Assembly: GCA_032718475.1 (NCBI GenBank)
Contig: JAUCBJ010003340.1
Location: forward strand, 1 to 64,000
Length of the DNA stretch: 64,000 bases
From: Nemertoderma westbladi
Taxonomy: Eukaryota > Animalia > Xenacoelomorpha
Direction of reading: 5' to 3'
Shown here: piece by piece, positions 1-11,258 of the stretch
How the letters are laid out: each line of letters starts with the position of its first letter
How positions within the stretch are numbered: position 1 is the first letter of the stretch
Position numbers and translations under genes: made by a program
The notes under the pieces: generated by a model
What the model saw: the letters and a program-made list of their open reading frames with translations, nothing else
What the model was told of the DNA's origin: nothing
Database searches by the model: none

Positions 1-2250
1 ATTCGTAAGTGGAAATCATAAAATGCTATTCAATAAATGATTTTTAAGACGGGATTGAAACAGCGAATTAGAGTTCTATTGCAAAAGGAGTTCATCAGGT
101 AGAGAGTTCCAGACATGAGGACCTCGAAAGCTCACGGACCGCTGGGATGAAGTGATATGGAATAGTGGGTGGGAGAGTGAAATCAGATCTGGCAGCAGAT
201 CTGGTGAAATGTGAGTGGACTGTTAGGGTTTTTGAAATAAATTGAATGTTGGTGGGAGTTCGGATGTGGGATATTTATATACTGTTTGAGTGGATGTCGT
301 ACATAAATAAGGCTACTTGATATTCATATAATAAATTGAGGGGTAATATTTTTAACTGTTTATATATTGGTTTAGCAGATTTACGATAGTAGGAGAACTT
401 GATGCAGCGGAGAAATTTATACATTTTTGTTTGCCCATTTTTGTGATTTTTGTCCACAGACTTGTTTAATAACAGTGGGGGCGTTGCCCCAAAGTATAAG
501 ACAGTAATTTACATATGGATGAATAAGGGAAAAATAAAGTGTGCGCAATATATGGAGGGGGAAATGTGGCGCAATTTATAAAATAGTCCTGTGGATCGGG
601 AATTTTTTTTTAAGAAACGTATGAAATATGGGTTTTCCAATTTACATTGTTATAGATCCGTACACCTAATAATTTGGAATCATTACAATTTGAGATTTCA
701 GTGTTATTTATATTAATTTTAGGGTAATTACAAAAATTGATATTTGATTTTGAAAATATAGTGAATTCGGTTTTTTTTGTAATTAATGCGTAAGTGATTA
801 TTTATTAGCAGATTTTGTAATTTATTAAGTTCAGTGTTAGTATAGTTGATTAAAGTGTTTCGATTAGAATGGAAGGAAAATAACGTCGTATCGTCCGCGA
901 GAAGAGAGTGGCTAATAAATTAGTGGCGCCAGGGTGGTCATTGATAAAGAGTAGAAAAAAAAGAGGTGATAAGACAGAACCTAGGGGGACGCCGCAAGCA
1001 ATCGGAAGCAGAGAAGAACAAAAGGAACCAAATGATACGAACTGAGACCTATCGGAAAGGAAGCTTTCTTGAAGTTGAAGCGGCCAACTTCTGATACCGT
1101 AACATTCGAGTTTAGATAAGAGTGTTTTATGGTGAACTGTATCAAAGGCCTTCTGTAAATCAATATAGATTGCGCAGGCTGAGATGTTTGAATCAAGCAG
1201 AAGGTTAATTTTTCTGTTATAGATAAAAGAGCATAGGAGTAGAAGTTTTAGAGCGGAATCCGAATTGAAAATTACTTAAAATATTGTACTTATCGAGGTA
1301 TGACTGTAACTGGGTGTTAATTATTTGTTCGAGTAATTTACTGAGAATAATAGGGAGAAGCGATATAGGGCGATCGTTGTTAGGGTCTGCTGGGTTGTCT
1401 GTTGTACTCTGTATTACTTTAGCAGTTAAATTAGATATTTAGGAAATAACCGAATGAAAAATGCTTAAATTGAAAAGATAAACTTAAATGGTGTGATAAT
1501 GGTTTAGCTTCTAGTTTCAAAGGTTTGGGAGGAAAGGATACATTAGTTGCAGACTTGGAAATTATTTTTAGTATAAGGTATTACAGTATAACTCAACAGG
1601 GGTTGTCTCAATTAAAGATAATGAATTGGGTTTGTTGTGTTTGATATTTCTATTGGGGTGCCGGACTTAGTTGGGAATAGCTGATTGAAGAGACGAGCCG
1701 ATAGTGGAAAAATGTATATTAAAAGTTTCAGCTATTACCGTAGGGTCTGAAATAACTTGAGTATTTGTATTAGTTTTTATAATTAACTGTTTAGGCAAGT
1801 TTAAATTTTTAGATTTATTTAGATCAGTATTTATAATGGATCAAGTTTTTCGAATATTAGAAGCAGAGGCAATAAATTCGTTAGTGTAGTATATTTTTTC
1901 AGCTAGTCTAAGGGATGAAGTGAGGAGTTTGCGGTATGATGTGAAAGATTGTTTGTTAGATACATTAGGGTATTTAACATATGTTCGGTATAATATATCA
2001 TATCTTCCGTTCTAATTGATTTGAGTATGGAAGGGATGATCCAGCCAGGGTTTTATTGGCCGGGTTTTGAGATTAACAACTTTTGATGGAAGAATTTTAC
2101 TGCAAAGTAAAAATTTTGGGGTGGTTGGTTAATTGTAAATCCAAGAATTAGGATTAAGAATATCATTTACAAAAACTTTTTTGTTGAATTTTGAAAAGTC
2201 GTTAATTGAATGGGGTTTAGATTTATTAAAGACGGTAGTCCATGTACTTG
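1..2250 (-). mobile_element. Degenerate L2/CR1-group LINE ORF2 remnant (reverse transcriptase plus C-terminus)
   Basis: Minus-strand translation gives decayed RT motifs: DPNNDRPISLLPII (~1325-1390), CGVP*GSVLSPLFFLLFIND (~940-1000) and HSLLADDTT (~880-910). The C-terminal KPIYKQLKILPLNLLYEYQVALFMY lies in ORF 275-457. Many stops; boundaries approximate. Confidence 0.8.
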
Positions 2251-2525
2251 AAATATTTTATCAGAAGTACAGTATTATTTTTTCAGAATATTTTATACTC
2301 TAACATTTTGAAAATATTAAGTAAATGACCTAGTTCATTTATTTAATATTTTCAAAATTTCTGTGCAATTATTTGCTTTATCGTTATTTTTGCTTAACTA
2401 AAGTAAAACCGGTAACCTACCTAACTACAGACTCTATATTAATAATAGACCAATAGTTAATATATCTATTAATATTAATATTATTAATAGTTAATATAAT
2501 ATGTAATATCAATTGTTTCATATAA

Positions 2526-3815
2526 CCCTATTAAACCCGGGGGGGGGGGGGCGGGGGGGTCAATATGACCAAATATTGGTTAGTTTTCGAGTTATAGCAC
2601 CATTTTTTAACCCTACTTTTGGCACTTTTTTGAGACTTTTTTGAAAATTTCATTTCATTAAATATGAATTGTAACATCTCTATTTTTGATTTACGCCGGT
2701 TTTTTGGTGTTAGCAATTGGATGGAATTCATATAAATTGATTTAGAAATTTCAAACTTGTTTTTTCCAGCGGGTACCAAATTTTGGTGCCAGCACCAAAT
2801 TTTGAAATATGTCAATTTAGTAAATTGATTGTTTGAAACTTGTTTTTTACTCAATTGGGGTTTTTTGGGGTTCTGGTATCAATGGAATATATACGAGTTG
2901 CACCAAGCGTATCAAACTTGTATTTTTCGGTGCTGTGTGCAAATTTTGGTGCTAGCACGAAATTTTGAAAATCCATTCAATAAATAAAATTGCTTGTGAC
3001 AATTTATTTATGTATTCAATGGAATATATAATTATCCAACTAGACATATCAAACTTGTATTTTTCTGAAGTGGGTGCAAAATGTTGTGCTAGCACCAAAT
3101 TTTGAAAACCATCAAATATATCAATTGATTATGTCACCTTGTTTCTTCCGTTATACGGGTTTGTGAGGGTTCTGAATTCAATGGAATCAGTAAAAATTTC
3201 ATAAGAGTTCTCAAACTTGTATTTTTCGCCAGTGGGTGAAAATTGTTGTGCCAGCACCAAATTTTGGAAAATATGCAAATTGATCGGTAGATAGTATCAC
3301 CTTGTTTCTTGCGTTATACGGGTTTATGAGGGTCCTGAATCCGATGGAATCAATAAAAACAGCACTGGACATCGCAAACTTGTACTTTTTTGTGATTGAT
3401 ACGTGATTGTGATTGATTTAATTTGGTGCTAGCACCAAAATTACGCAAAAAAATACGAGTAGCAATGATCTGGCAAATTAGAAATGTATTCCATTAGAAT
3501 CAGCGCCCAGAAAACCTGAAAATGTGAATTTATTTTGTGTTCAAAATGACAAGTGCTGGTTACTTGTTTTTTTTCATTTTTTTTACTACTTAGAGGACTA
3601 AAACAGCCATTTATTTTGCGCCCCAGAAAACCTGTATTGAAAAACAATTAGCCGAAATTTGCAACTTTCAAAATTTATGAAAATTGTTCACTACTTGTAA
3701 TTTTGGTGCTGCAATAAAACCACCCCAGTTAAAATTTGTACATTTTAGATGGGGGTCAATATTACCCCCCCCCCCCGGTATTTGTACAACATTTTATAGC
3801 CCGGTACTAATAGGG
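2526..3815. mobile_element. piggyBac-like non-autonomous element (MITE) with internal ~160-bp tandem repeats
   Basis: Ends CCCTATTA...TAATAGGG, flanked by ATAA/TTAA. Poly-G/C subterminal tracts. The CAAACTTGT...GCACCAAA unit recurs about 5 times. No ORF. Confidence 0.75.
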
Positions 3816-4707
3816 TTAAAATGTGTGGCGAGCCACGAAATAGCGAAGTCATGGTGAAGTCTTAGCGATCTGATACTGTCGTGTCAGTTCTGAGACCCTC
3901 TTAGTGATGTACTGTATTTATATGTACGTACAGTGTATGTTCACTGGCCGAAATGGCAAGGATGCACATTTAGTTTAATGAACATTTGTCAACACGTATA
4001 AAATGATTTGTTCTCTAATGAAAACTAAAATATTTACAATTTTAGTTCACTATGATAAATATAGGGGAAGAAAGTTTGAAAAATTTTGTTAGGCGACACT
4101 CTGCATTCTTTTTGGATATGCCAATCCTACAGCCATCTGGTGAAGCATAACTCTGAGAGTCAACCGATTCATAAAAGTATCACAAGGGTATAATACAGGT
4201 GATCACTAGGGAATAATTTTACAGTATAAAAAATCTTTATATCCTTAAAATATTCAATATTCTAATAAAAAATCCTTATTATTCTTAATAAATCTAATAT
4301 TTTAAAGATCCGTAGTGTTTTGCTGAAAAGGATTATCGCATTATTGAATTATCCTTCAAGCTGTCTGATCCTTAAGTTTATGTAACTCATGGTATGATGA
4401 AATTCGCATTTCAGTATTCTATAAGTATCAGCAATCTGTCTGTCGTCTTTCGGCTCCTTTTCAAATAGGTTTCCTTCTCAAATCGCACTGTACCAACATA
4501 TGTTCATTGCTGATAGGCAGGTTCGTTTACAGCAATTACAGTAGGCCCTACCTCTACACCGACACCACATAAAATAAATGTAACAAGTAGATCATTCAAT
4601 TTACAAAGAATTTGAAATATTTAAAAGATTTCTATCATTTTGTCAATTTTCAATCTTTAGTTTCAATATTTTGTTGCATTTGAAGTTCTTTGAATACTTT
4701 ATGGTCT

Positions 4708-4959
4708 CTAATAAAGTCCTCCTGCAATGAGACTAATAAGGACCGTAATCGCATCCCAGGTTGTTACGACGTGGTTGGAGCTGCTCTCTGTAACCAAGGT
4801 GGTTACAGTGTTGTCCACTGTGGTCGTGGATTGGATGTTGACGACTCTTTCTTTCCAAACAATTGGAGGACACGAGCCATCACAACATCTAAGCTGACAC
4901 GCTTCATATACCACTCTCACGTCTGTCTTCAGTATATTCACAAGAGCTAACAATCTCAC
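4708..4959 (-). CDS. Exon 2 of 10-Cys protein paralogue A
   Basis: TTTCAG|GTG acceptor. VRLLALVNILKTDV...YEACQLRCCDGSCPP...TTWDAITVLISLIAGGLY* aligns without a gap to the C-terminal half of paralogue B. Confidence 0.8.
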   Translation of the reverse strand: MRLLALVNILKTDVRVVYEACQLRCCDGSCPPIVWKERVVNIQSTTTVDNTVTTLVTESSSNHVVTTWDAITVLISLIAGGLY

Positions 4960-5454
4960 CTGAAAGCAATAGGCGTAACCAGGAACGTACTTAGGGCACT
5001 TGCCCGAACCAGAAACTCCAGATAAAGGTCAGCTTTCAAGCTCGTTAGGCAATCTTCAATAAGAAAATTGCTAAACAATAAAATTGAGAAAACATTGTGA
5101 GACAAGACTAAGACCAGCAGAGCTGATACTCTACTATATAGATGTTACAATGTTGGAATATTTCAAAGAAGTTTTAAATATTTTTCACTAGACCGCTCGT
5201 ATTAATAGTTCCGATTATGCAGCATGTGTAGTGACACATTACTGGCAGATGGTTAGACACCTCCCTTCTTATAATTATTGATCTTGACTTTGTTCTTATT
5301 ATCTCTTCATATTCTTATACTTGATCTCACATAGAAATCGCCTTTAAGTATGAAAAACGCCTTATTATAAAACATTGCTCAAATAGAGCAATTAAAAAAG
5401 TAACAATTTATGTCTCGTTTCATACTAAATGCCCAGTCCTGGCTACGCCCATGC
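4960..5454 (-). mobile_element. hAT-like MITE occupying a 495-bp phase-0 GC-AG intron
   Basis: Minus strand: CTACCAGG [CATGGGCGTAGCCAGGA ... TCCTGGTTACGCCTATTG] CTTTCAGG, i.e. an imperfect ~17-bp TIR and an 8-bp TSD matching at 6/8 positions. Confidence 0.75.
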
Positions 5455-5853
5455 CTGGTAGTCGTCGCTATTCTCTTCAGCAGCATCACGGAGAACAACC
5501 TGCAAGTAATAAATACATGCATCTTCGATAAGCGGGACACAGCGATTAACGGAGTTGACCCTGTAGCATGTAGGAGCATGATACTCAATGGTGGTCTCAC
5601 CGTAGCCATCCAAATATCCAGTAGCGATGTATGATAACATCGAGCATTTCAAACAACCACTTATAAAGGTTGTCTCGTTTTGGCGGATTAGTTGTTTGTT
5701 ATTTTCTGACAACTTCTCTAATTTGTCTTGATATGCATCTTTTATGTCTTCGCTGTCTGATGAAACTGTCCACTTCCCTCCACTTGGGCAGGTAAAGTTG
5801 GATGTGGCCCTTGTTATGTGGAAAGTTATTAATAGAGTGGAGATAAGTTGCAT
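5455..5853 (-). CDS. Exon 1 of 10-Cys secreted/surface protein, paralogue A (216 aa when spliced)
   Basis: Starts MQLISTLLITFHITRATSNFTCP (signal-peptide-like) and is colinear with ORF 22995-23663. Ends ...EENSDDYQ at a CAG|GC donor. Confidence 0.8.
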
Positions 5854-5911
5854 GTTATAATGTTATAACGATTAGATTCTGATTTCTGTAGTATTCTCCT
5901 GTATTAGTATT

Positions 5912-6100
5912 TGCAGGATTCAGTTATTAATGAGTTAACAGTTAAAGGAGTTATCAGTTAAATTATTAACTGTATGTTTTGTATTATCACCAAAACTAAA
6001 AGAGTAAATACAGGATTCTGAGTTATTAATGAGTTAAGAGGAGTTATCAGTTAAATAATTTACTTAATGTATATTTTGTATTCTCACCGAGACTAAAAGA
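5912..6100. repeat. Tandem duplication (~95 bp x2) upstream of paralogue A
   Basis: CAGGATTC..GTTATTAATGAGTTAA..GTTATCAGTTAAAT..CACC..ACTAAAAGAG occurs twice. Confidence 0.6.
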
Positions 6101-6249
6101 GGAAAGAGTTCTTAATAACAAGCAATGAAAGCAAGCATATATATACTAACAATACATCCACACCACAACACACTAATATTTATACCACTCTACAACAACA
6201 TTGAAGAGATAAGTAAAGGTGACTATGGGAGATGTTATAAAAGTACTAT

Positions 6250-6360
6250 TTTTTATCACTTGAGTCTTACACCACACTAATTACAAAAAGCATTCCTCAT
6301 TAATGTTCTGATTCTATGTTTTTGTATTTAGTGGGGTGTAAGAATCAAACGTGATAAAAA
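6250..6360. repeat. Short palindromic (MITE-like) hairpin
   Basis: TTTTTATCACTTGAGTCTTACACCACACTAATTACAAAAAGCAT pairs with ATGTTTTTGTATTTAGTGGGGTGTAAGAATCAAACGTGATAAAAA. Confidence 0.6.
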
Positions 6361-7060
6361 AAACCATTACTTTGATTATCTACAACAACATGTCAGACTT
6401 GATATTAAAAGGTTTCTCCCCTTTCTGGGTAGTGAAGAAACTACTGTAGAACATTGCATTTACTATAAGCATAGTAAGCCATTTAATAGCCACTTCTTTT
6501 TTAAATAACCCAATTAAGGAAGCATGATATTTGCAATTTGCAATATATAAAATTTCACTATTTTTACCTGAACCTAGCAATTGAAATTAATGAATTTAAT
6601 TTAATTTATGGGTGAAATAATTCCTATAATATTCCCGGCTTTCAAATTATATAAAATATATTCACAATCACTGAGAATCATATTCATCGAGCAATCATCG
6701 GAGCAACAGTTACTGGGATGTGATACTTTTAAACAGCCAATGCAATGGCGGTATATTGTTATAATTTGTTTAAAAATAGTTAATTTCATCTGTATTACTT
6801 ATAAATATCTTAAAGATCAGGAAATATGAGGAAATGGTAGAGCGAGGCTACCACTTCTATGCTGTTGTCTTTGAGACTTTCTGTCGACCTGCCCTGAGGC
6901 GGCTGCGTTTCTAAAGTTTTCTACGTTTCAAACAACACGTGATAGACTACTATATTGAATATTTTGGCTCTATATATATATATTTTTTTTAAATTAATTA
7001 ATTTTTGCTGTTTCATTATCATTTATTATTAATTAACTTCTAAAATGACTTTACTGTTTT

Positions 7061-7391
7061 ATATGTTATAGTACATTATGATAATGCTCTCCATAGCGAA
7101 AAATATCAAACCGCCCCTATTGGGGCTCGAACCCGGGCCTTTCTCTACTCATAATAAACTACAGCGTTATTTCCGTGCTCTGCCAGAAATGGCAACCATG
7201 CTTCAAAGAATAACTATTATACAGTGTTGTAGAAACCACTGTAACCCCGTATCGCTTTCTATAACACTGTATAATAGTTATTCTTTGAGGCATGGTTGCC
7301 ATGTCTGGCAGAGCATGGGAATAACGCTGTACTTTTCTTTGAGTAGAGAAGATTCGCCCTCACCCACCCCACAACAATTCATTCATAATTT
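7061..7391 (-). mobile_element. Second copy of the 36.6-kb short retroelement, centre replaced by a palindrome
   Basis: 13-bp direct repeat ACTTTACTGTTTT at 7048-7060 and 7392-7404. 7078-7136 is the near reverse complement of 36728-36785, and ~7355-7385 matches ~36615-36640. Confidence 0.7.
7140..7351. repeat. ~210-bp palindromic MITE
   Basis: The arm TTCTCTACTCA...CTCTGCCAGAAATGGCAACCATGC...TATACAGTGTT is mirrored by AACACTGTATA...GCATGGTTGCCATGTCTGGCAGAG...TGAGTAGAGAA. Confidence 0.8.
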
Positions 7392-9073
7392 ACTTTACTG
7401 TTTTCACAAGAGCGGAGTAGGAAATACAATTTAGTTTGTAACTTAGTAATATATTTTAAGGAATACATGACCAATTAGAATAAACAATAACAGCGCAAAG
7501 AATGATAAACGCAATAATGCGATCTGCATAATTGTGTAGATTGTACTGTACTTGTGTGTCAGTAGATTGTGTATCCCGTGGGGCAACAACTGTTACCGGA
7601 GGAATATTACACCATTGTTATTCTGAGGAATTTAATTAACAACATAATGATTATCGACACGACTCTGTACACTGTACAATACATCAACCCAAACTGTGGC
7701 AATGACGTTATTGTGTAACTGTGTTCCTATTTCTTAGTATGCATACAGTAGAGGCCTATGGATATGATGAGATAGGTCATGGTAAACAAACCTATTGGCC
7801 TACCGAATACTGACCTTCTAAGTATTATTATAATTGTCACATCATTGTAAAGGAATTATCGTACCTTCAGTAAGATAAGCTCCTAAACGTCTTTTTAAAA
7901 TAATTACAAGTGCTAACACACTTCGTTTACTGTTTTGGTTTCTCGGTCAAGCAGAATGACTTGAAACTAGCTCGCATAAAACACAGCCCTTCAACGACTT
8001 GTTACTTACGGACTTCGACAACCCTTTCAAGATAGTACAAAAACACAGTGATTTCTATTTTCCAGATGTTATTAATGTCTTCCTTGGAATAAAAATAGTG
8101 TACAGTACATACCACCATAGAAAAACCTTTGGGAAGAGGGAAAAAGATAAACTGTGTGTGGGGTGTTTTGGGTCCGTTAGGATCCAAAGTTTTTAGTTGT
8201 GTTTTTAGTCGTAATAAACTGGGTGCGGCTCCATGCTATTGGAAAACTTGGCAAAAGTGCAAACACCAGGTTACTTTCAGTGTCCAAACGGGTGTGGGAC
8301 CGATTGGACGCAGGAAGTTAGCTGCTACTTGGTCTTACGACTCAGCAGCTTGACCAGAGGTCAAGCACTACCATAAACTGACATGGTCTTACCCGGGGGT
8401 GGCTGCTACTTTGTCCTACGACTCAAAGGTCTGACTGAGGTCGCGCCGAGGAGCCTGCGGGCAGAGTGCGCAAGCACTAGAGGGCTAGTTGGCCAAAGCT
8501 CTGTCTCAGTGGGAACTACCCATGCTCCTAAGCTCCACCGATACTAGGCGAAGCAAACAAGCAAGCGAATCAACTATAACCGGGAGAAATTAAGTACTGA
8601 CAATGCAGTAATGGATGCTTACACAGTAGAAGTTCAAAACCACTTTGAAGTACTTCAGTCAATGGATGAAGACCAGTCTACTAAAGCTTCTAGTTCCGAA
8701 GAACGTGTTGGAAATGGAAAGATCACTTCAGCAACTTGTTTGGGCAGCCACCAAACATTGAGGTCAGCCCTACAAGGAAAATATATGACAAGACGCTACC
8801 TATAGAAACAGGGGACTTCGCACCTGCCGAACTCCAAAGAAGCATTAAAAGCATGTCCAATCATAAAGCGAGTGGATTAGATGAAATCCCTGCAGATGTA
8901 TGGAAAACAGGAGTGCTAAACAGACCATTATTGAATGTTTGCAACCGGATGCAGAAAGGGAAAAAGTCACCACCAATTTGGACTAAGGATCAACTAAAGC
9001 CTCTCCCTAAGAAGGGAGACCTTGGTGTACCAACAAACTATCATGTGATCTGTCTGTTTGTGGTAGCTGCCAA

Positions 9074-11258
9074 CAGTGCCGGATTAAGCTGTGGCCCTAA
9101 GGCACATTTTAGTAATTTCCAAATATGGCCCGAAAATTGATATTTTTCCGCAAACCCTTTCAAAAGAAAAAGCTGCTAAAAACAACTGAAATTGTGAAAA
9201 TGTTGCGAAGGAAATATAAAGTATTTTCGTTGGATGACTGCGTGCAAATAAGTACTAAGTACTATTTTGTGATAGACAAAGTGTAGCAGTTACAAAATCG
9301 GTTCTAGAAGATCCAAATGGCCATGTTTTACAAACCAATATTCACGATTGTAGCCCTAAAGATGCTAAACATTTTGGTATATGTTTAATGGAAATTGAGT
9401 AAAAAATAAAAAAGTAGTAGGGAATTTAGTGATGAAAAAAGTCAAAATCGACAAACTGATAAAAAGGTTGTTTTATACAGAGAGGCATAAATATCAGCAA
9501 TATATTATGTTGTTGAAAAGAGCAGTTTTGAGGTCCAAAAATAATACAATGTTGAAAACCGTATGAAGCCCTTCTTTCAAAGAGCAAAAAATTGTGTAAA
9601 TTTTCGAAAATTTCATTTCTGTAGGGGTTATAACGAGCCCCCTTAAGGGGGCCCGTTCACCGAGAAGGGTAAAATTTGGACGATTTTTATTTTTAATTTT
9701 ATCCAATACATAATTTTACGGTGATTTTAATGGTAAAATCTGCATTGCTATAAGACTTTTAGTTTTTGAAATACAGCTATTTAAATATTCCACTAATTTA
9801 ATAAAATTATTAGTTAATATAATAAATATATTTAAATAACTAAATATATCTATAATTCTTCACTATTTTCTAATTATCACTGCAGAAATGGACTCAGCGT
9901 AATTTTTAGACCTTAGAACATGTCTTAATTATCGATTATAACCAATTGGTTATTGATTATTGACAATAAATAATAACCAATAGGAGATGGTTTTGCGCGA
10001 AATTCAAACTCAAATGTTTACCTGCATTTTTCTCAAATGTGCTTATTTTTTACTAAAAATCTATCTCCTTCGCCATTTCTTAACGGATTTCAATTTTTTT
10101 GTGGGAGGTTGTAGCTGAGGATTGTGTCTACAGAATGATGGGCCGGATTTTCAAAATTTTGCCTCAGTCAGAAGTTATGACGTCATCAATCTTATTTTTT
10201 CGAAAAAAACAAAATTTTATGAAAAAATGACATTTGTGACGTCATAACTTTTGATTGCAGCAAAATTTTGAAAATTATTTATATTATTTACATTATTCTG
10301 TAGACACAATCTTTACCGACTAACAGACTTCATTAGATATTAGATAAACTGTATTAGATAAAATTAAAAATAAAAAACGTCAAAATTTTACCCTTCTCGG
10401 TGAACCCGGCTTTACAGGACTTGCTGTGAAATATAACACACCAAAAGTGTGCACTTGTGCAAAGATATAATATTTCTGATCTAGATTTGGACTTACTGAG
10501 AAAGTAATGTTCTTCGATAAGAGAACTGTCTCGGAAATAAGCACTTTTTGTGACTAATTTTAATTTACCCAAATTCAATTACAGTATGCTGTCCGAGAGT
10601 TTTAGGTTTTGCAGGAATTGCACCTAAAATGCCATCGAATGCAAAATTAAATACACGAGGGCAGAACATCTGAATTTCGGTTAAATTAAATTGCAGTATA
10701 GTGACAAGAAGTTATTTCTGACACGTTTTTTTTTTTATCAACAACTATTTTATCTACAACTAATTTATTTGTTTTATCTATTAGGGCCTATATTTATAAA
10801 ACTCGTTTCCGGTAAAAAAAATTAATTTCTCACTACCATCTCCAGGCCGTACATTTACGACCTTGATTTACGATATACAGTATTTCCAGTTGTCACCACG
10901 TCATTATTTAGTTGTTCTAGAAAGTTTTAAGTACATAACTACAAATAATTCCCCACAAATAAATAAAATTAAATTCTCAATTGTTCATAATTAGCACTTT
11001 AAAGTTTTACTGCCCATGTTGTATTATTTCCCTGCCATCAGGTCTTGAACTAATAACACAAGCAGCAGTCGGTCGATTGAGCTACAATTTTGCAATTTCT
11101 ACCACAATTTCTACCACTAACTCGAAGTAGTCGAAAGATTCACTTTTGTTCTGTTTTCTAGAAATTTTTGTGAGAAAAAATGTGGACTTTTCAGATAAAA
11201 ATATTTTTTTTCACAGGAATGACTCGCTGAGAAAAAATGGCCCGTTAATCCGGCACTG
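9074..11258. mobile_element. hAT-like non-autonomous DNA transposon inserted in the RTE
   Basis: 14-bp TIR CAGTGCCGGATTAA and perfect 8-bp TSD GCTGCCAA (9066-9073, 11259-11266). Removing it rejoins the RTE peptide VVAAK-IYNKMI. Confidence 0.9.
9647..10411. mobile_element. Nested TIR element (possibly Kolobok-like) inside the hAT MITE
   Basis: ~50-bp inverted repeat GTTCACCGAGAAGGGTAAAATTT(G/T)GACG...TTTTATC; TTAA on the left flank, TTTA on the right. Confidence 0.6.
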
